From a bacterium (GTDB taxonomy: Bacteria; Ratteibacteria; UBA8468; B48-G9; JAFGKM01), in contig JAOAEP010000095.1 in the NCBI GenBank assembly GCA_026416755.1, positions 1 to 34,786 of the forward strand: 34,786 bases of DNA, in the 5' to 3' direction. The translations under genes and the position numbers were made by a program. The notes beneath the pieces are model-generated. The model saw nothing but the letters and a program-made list of their open reading frames with translations. It had not been told where the DNA came from and did not search any database. Shown here piece after piece: positions 34,137 to 34,786 of this stretch. How positions within the stretch are numbered: position 1 is the first letter of the stretch; each line of letters opens with the position of its first letter.

Positions 34137-34508
34137 ATGGAACTAAAAAAAATATTAATAATTGAAGATGACGCAGAAGAAAGATTGATTTTAGGTAGAG
34201 AATTGAGAAGACAAGGATATATAGTTTATGAAGCACCAACAGGAGAAGAAGGGTTAAAGATTTTTAAAGAAGATAGGCCAGATTTAGTTATTCTTGATGT
34301 AATGCTTCCTGGAATAGATGGTTGGGAAGTTTTAAAAAGAATTAAAAAAGGTCCTTTAAGCAGGAAAGTCCCTGTTATGATGTTAACAGGGAAGGCAGAA
34401 GATAAAGATAAAATAAAAGGATATGAAATTGGTGCTGACTATTATGTGACAAAACCATATAATGTTAATAAATTGCTTCCCGTTATTGAAAGTTTAATTG
34501 AAGAATAA
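34137..34508 (+). CDS. Stand-alone response-regulator receiver protein (CheY-like, canonical)
   Basis: 123 aa. ILIIEDDAEE (acidic pair), DLVILDVMLPGIDG (acceptor Asp), VMMLTGK (Thr), YYVTKPY (Lys). Confidence 0.9.
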   Translation: MELKKILIIEDDAEERLILGRELRRQGYIVYEAPTGEEGLKIFKEDRPDLVILDVMLPGIDGWEVLKRIKKGPLSRKVPVMMLTGKAEDKDKIKGYEIGADYYVTKPYNVNKLLPVIESLIEE

Positions 34509-34510
34509 AA

Positions 34511-34786
34511 ATGGTTGTCAATTTACCTCCCCAGTTTCATGAAAAAGAAGCAGAATTAAAAAAAGCAAAAACAATTGAAGAAAAAATTTCTATTCTTGAA
34601 GAGATGCTTGCCATAATGCCCAAACATAAGTCAAGTGAAAAACTTCAAGCACTTTTAAAAAGCAAAATTTCAAAATATAAAAAAATGCTTGAAGAACAGA
34701 CAAAGACGAAGAAAAAATCTCCTGTACCAATAATTCAAAGGGAAGGGGCAGGTCAAATAGGAATATGTGGTCCACCCAATTCAGGA
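34511..34786 (+). CDS. Partial CDS (first 92 codons, runs off right edge): DRG/Rbg-like OBG-family GTPase
   Basis: Open frame from ATG 34511, 3 nt after the receiver stop. It is not in the track because there is no stop inside the window. My translation is MVVNLPPQFHEKEAELKKAKTIEEKISILEEMLAIMPKHKSSEKLQALLKSKISKYKK...IIQREGAGQIGICGPPNSG, ending in the start of a G1/P-loop. This pattern is typical of DRG-type GTPase N-termini. Confidence 0.65.
   Translation, partial: MVVNLPPQFHEKEAELKKAKTIEEKISILEEMLAIMPKHKSSEKLQALLKSKISKYKKMLEEQTKTKKKSPVPIIQREGAGQIGICGPPNSG

Overview
AT-rich (by eye about 30% G+C), densely coding bacterial fragment. I saw no rRNA, CRISPR array, transposase, integrase or phage genes. 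Layout: (i) 1-19.6 kb is one uninterrupted minus-strand gene train. A LacI regulator is followed by a DegT-type aminotransferase, signal-peptide-less GH42/GH2/GH38-like hydrolases, three URO-D-like paralogues (one truncated), a FucI-like isomerase and a frameshifted toroid-repeat protein. Next come a decayed second LacI gene and a prepilin-type (DUF1559-like) pseudopilin heading a tightly coupled set of secreted carbohydrate-binding proteins. (ii) 19.7-22.7 kb holds a degenerate receiver domain, an XRE regulator, an FAH-family hydrolase, cutA and dnaJ. (iii) 22.8-29.6 kb is a divergent pair: a secreted clostripain-like (C11) protease and a 1628-aa RCC1/Ig/CARDB multidomain protein, each ending in a closely similar dockerin module. 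(iv) 29.7-34.8 kb holds tRNA-Arg(CCT), a small beta-barrel OMP, a GYD/LplA-like/TIM-barrel/HAD::PurM-like operon, a CheY-like receiver and the start of a DRG-like GTPase. The OMP and the DUF1559-like pseudopilin suggest a diderm from the PVC group or a related candidate phylum (inference only). The best candidates for something undescribed are the dockerin-linked protease plus giant-protein module, the transporter-less URO-D/DegT/isomerase glycan operon, and the pseudopilin-led secreted glycan-binding operon. All family calls come from motif recognition by eye and need profile or structure searches.
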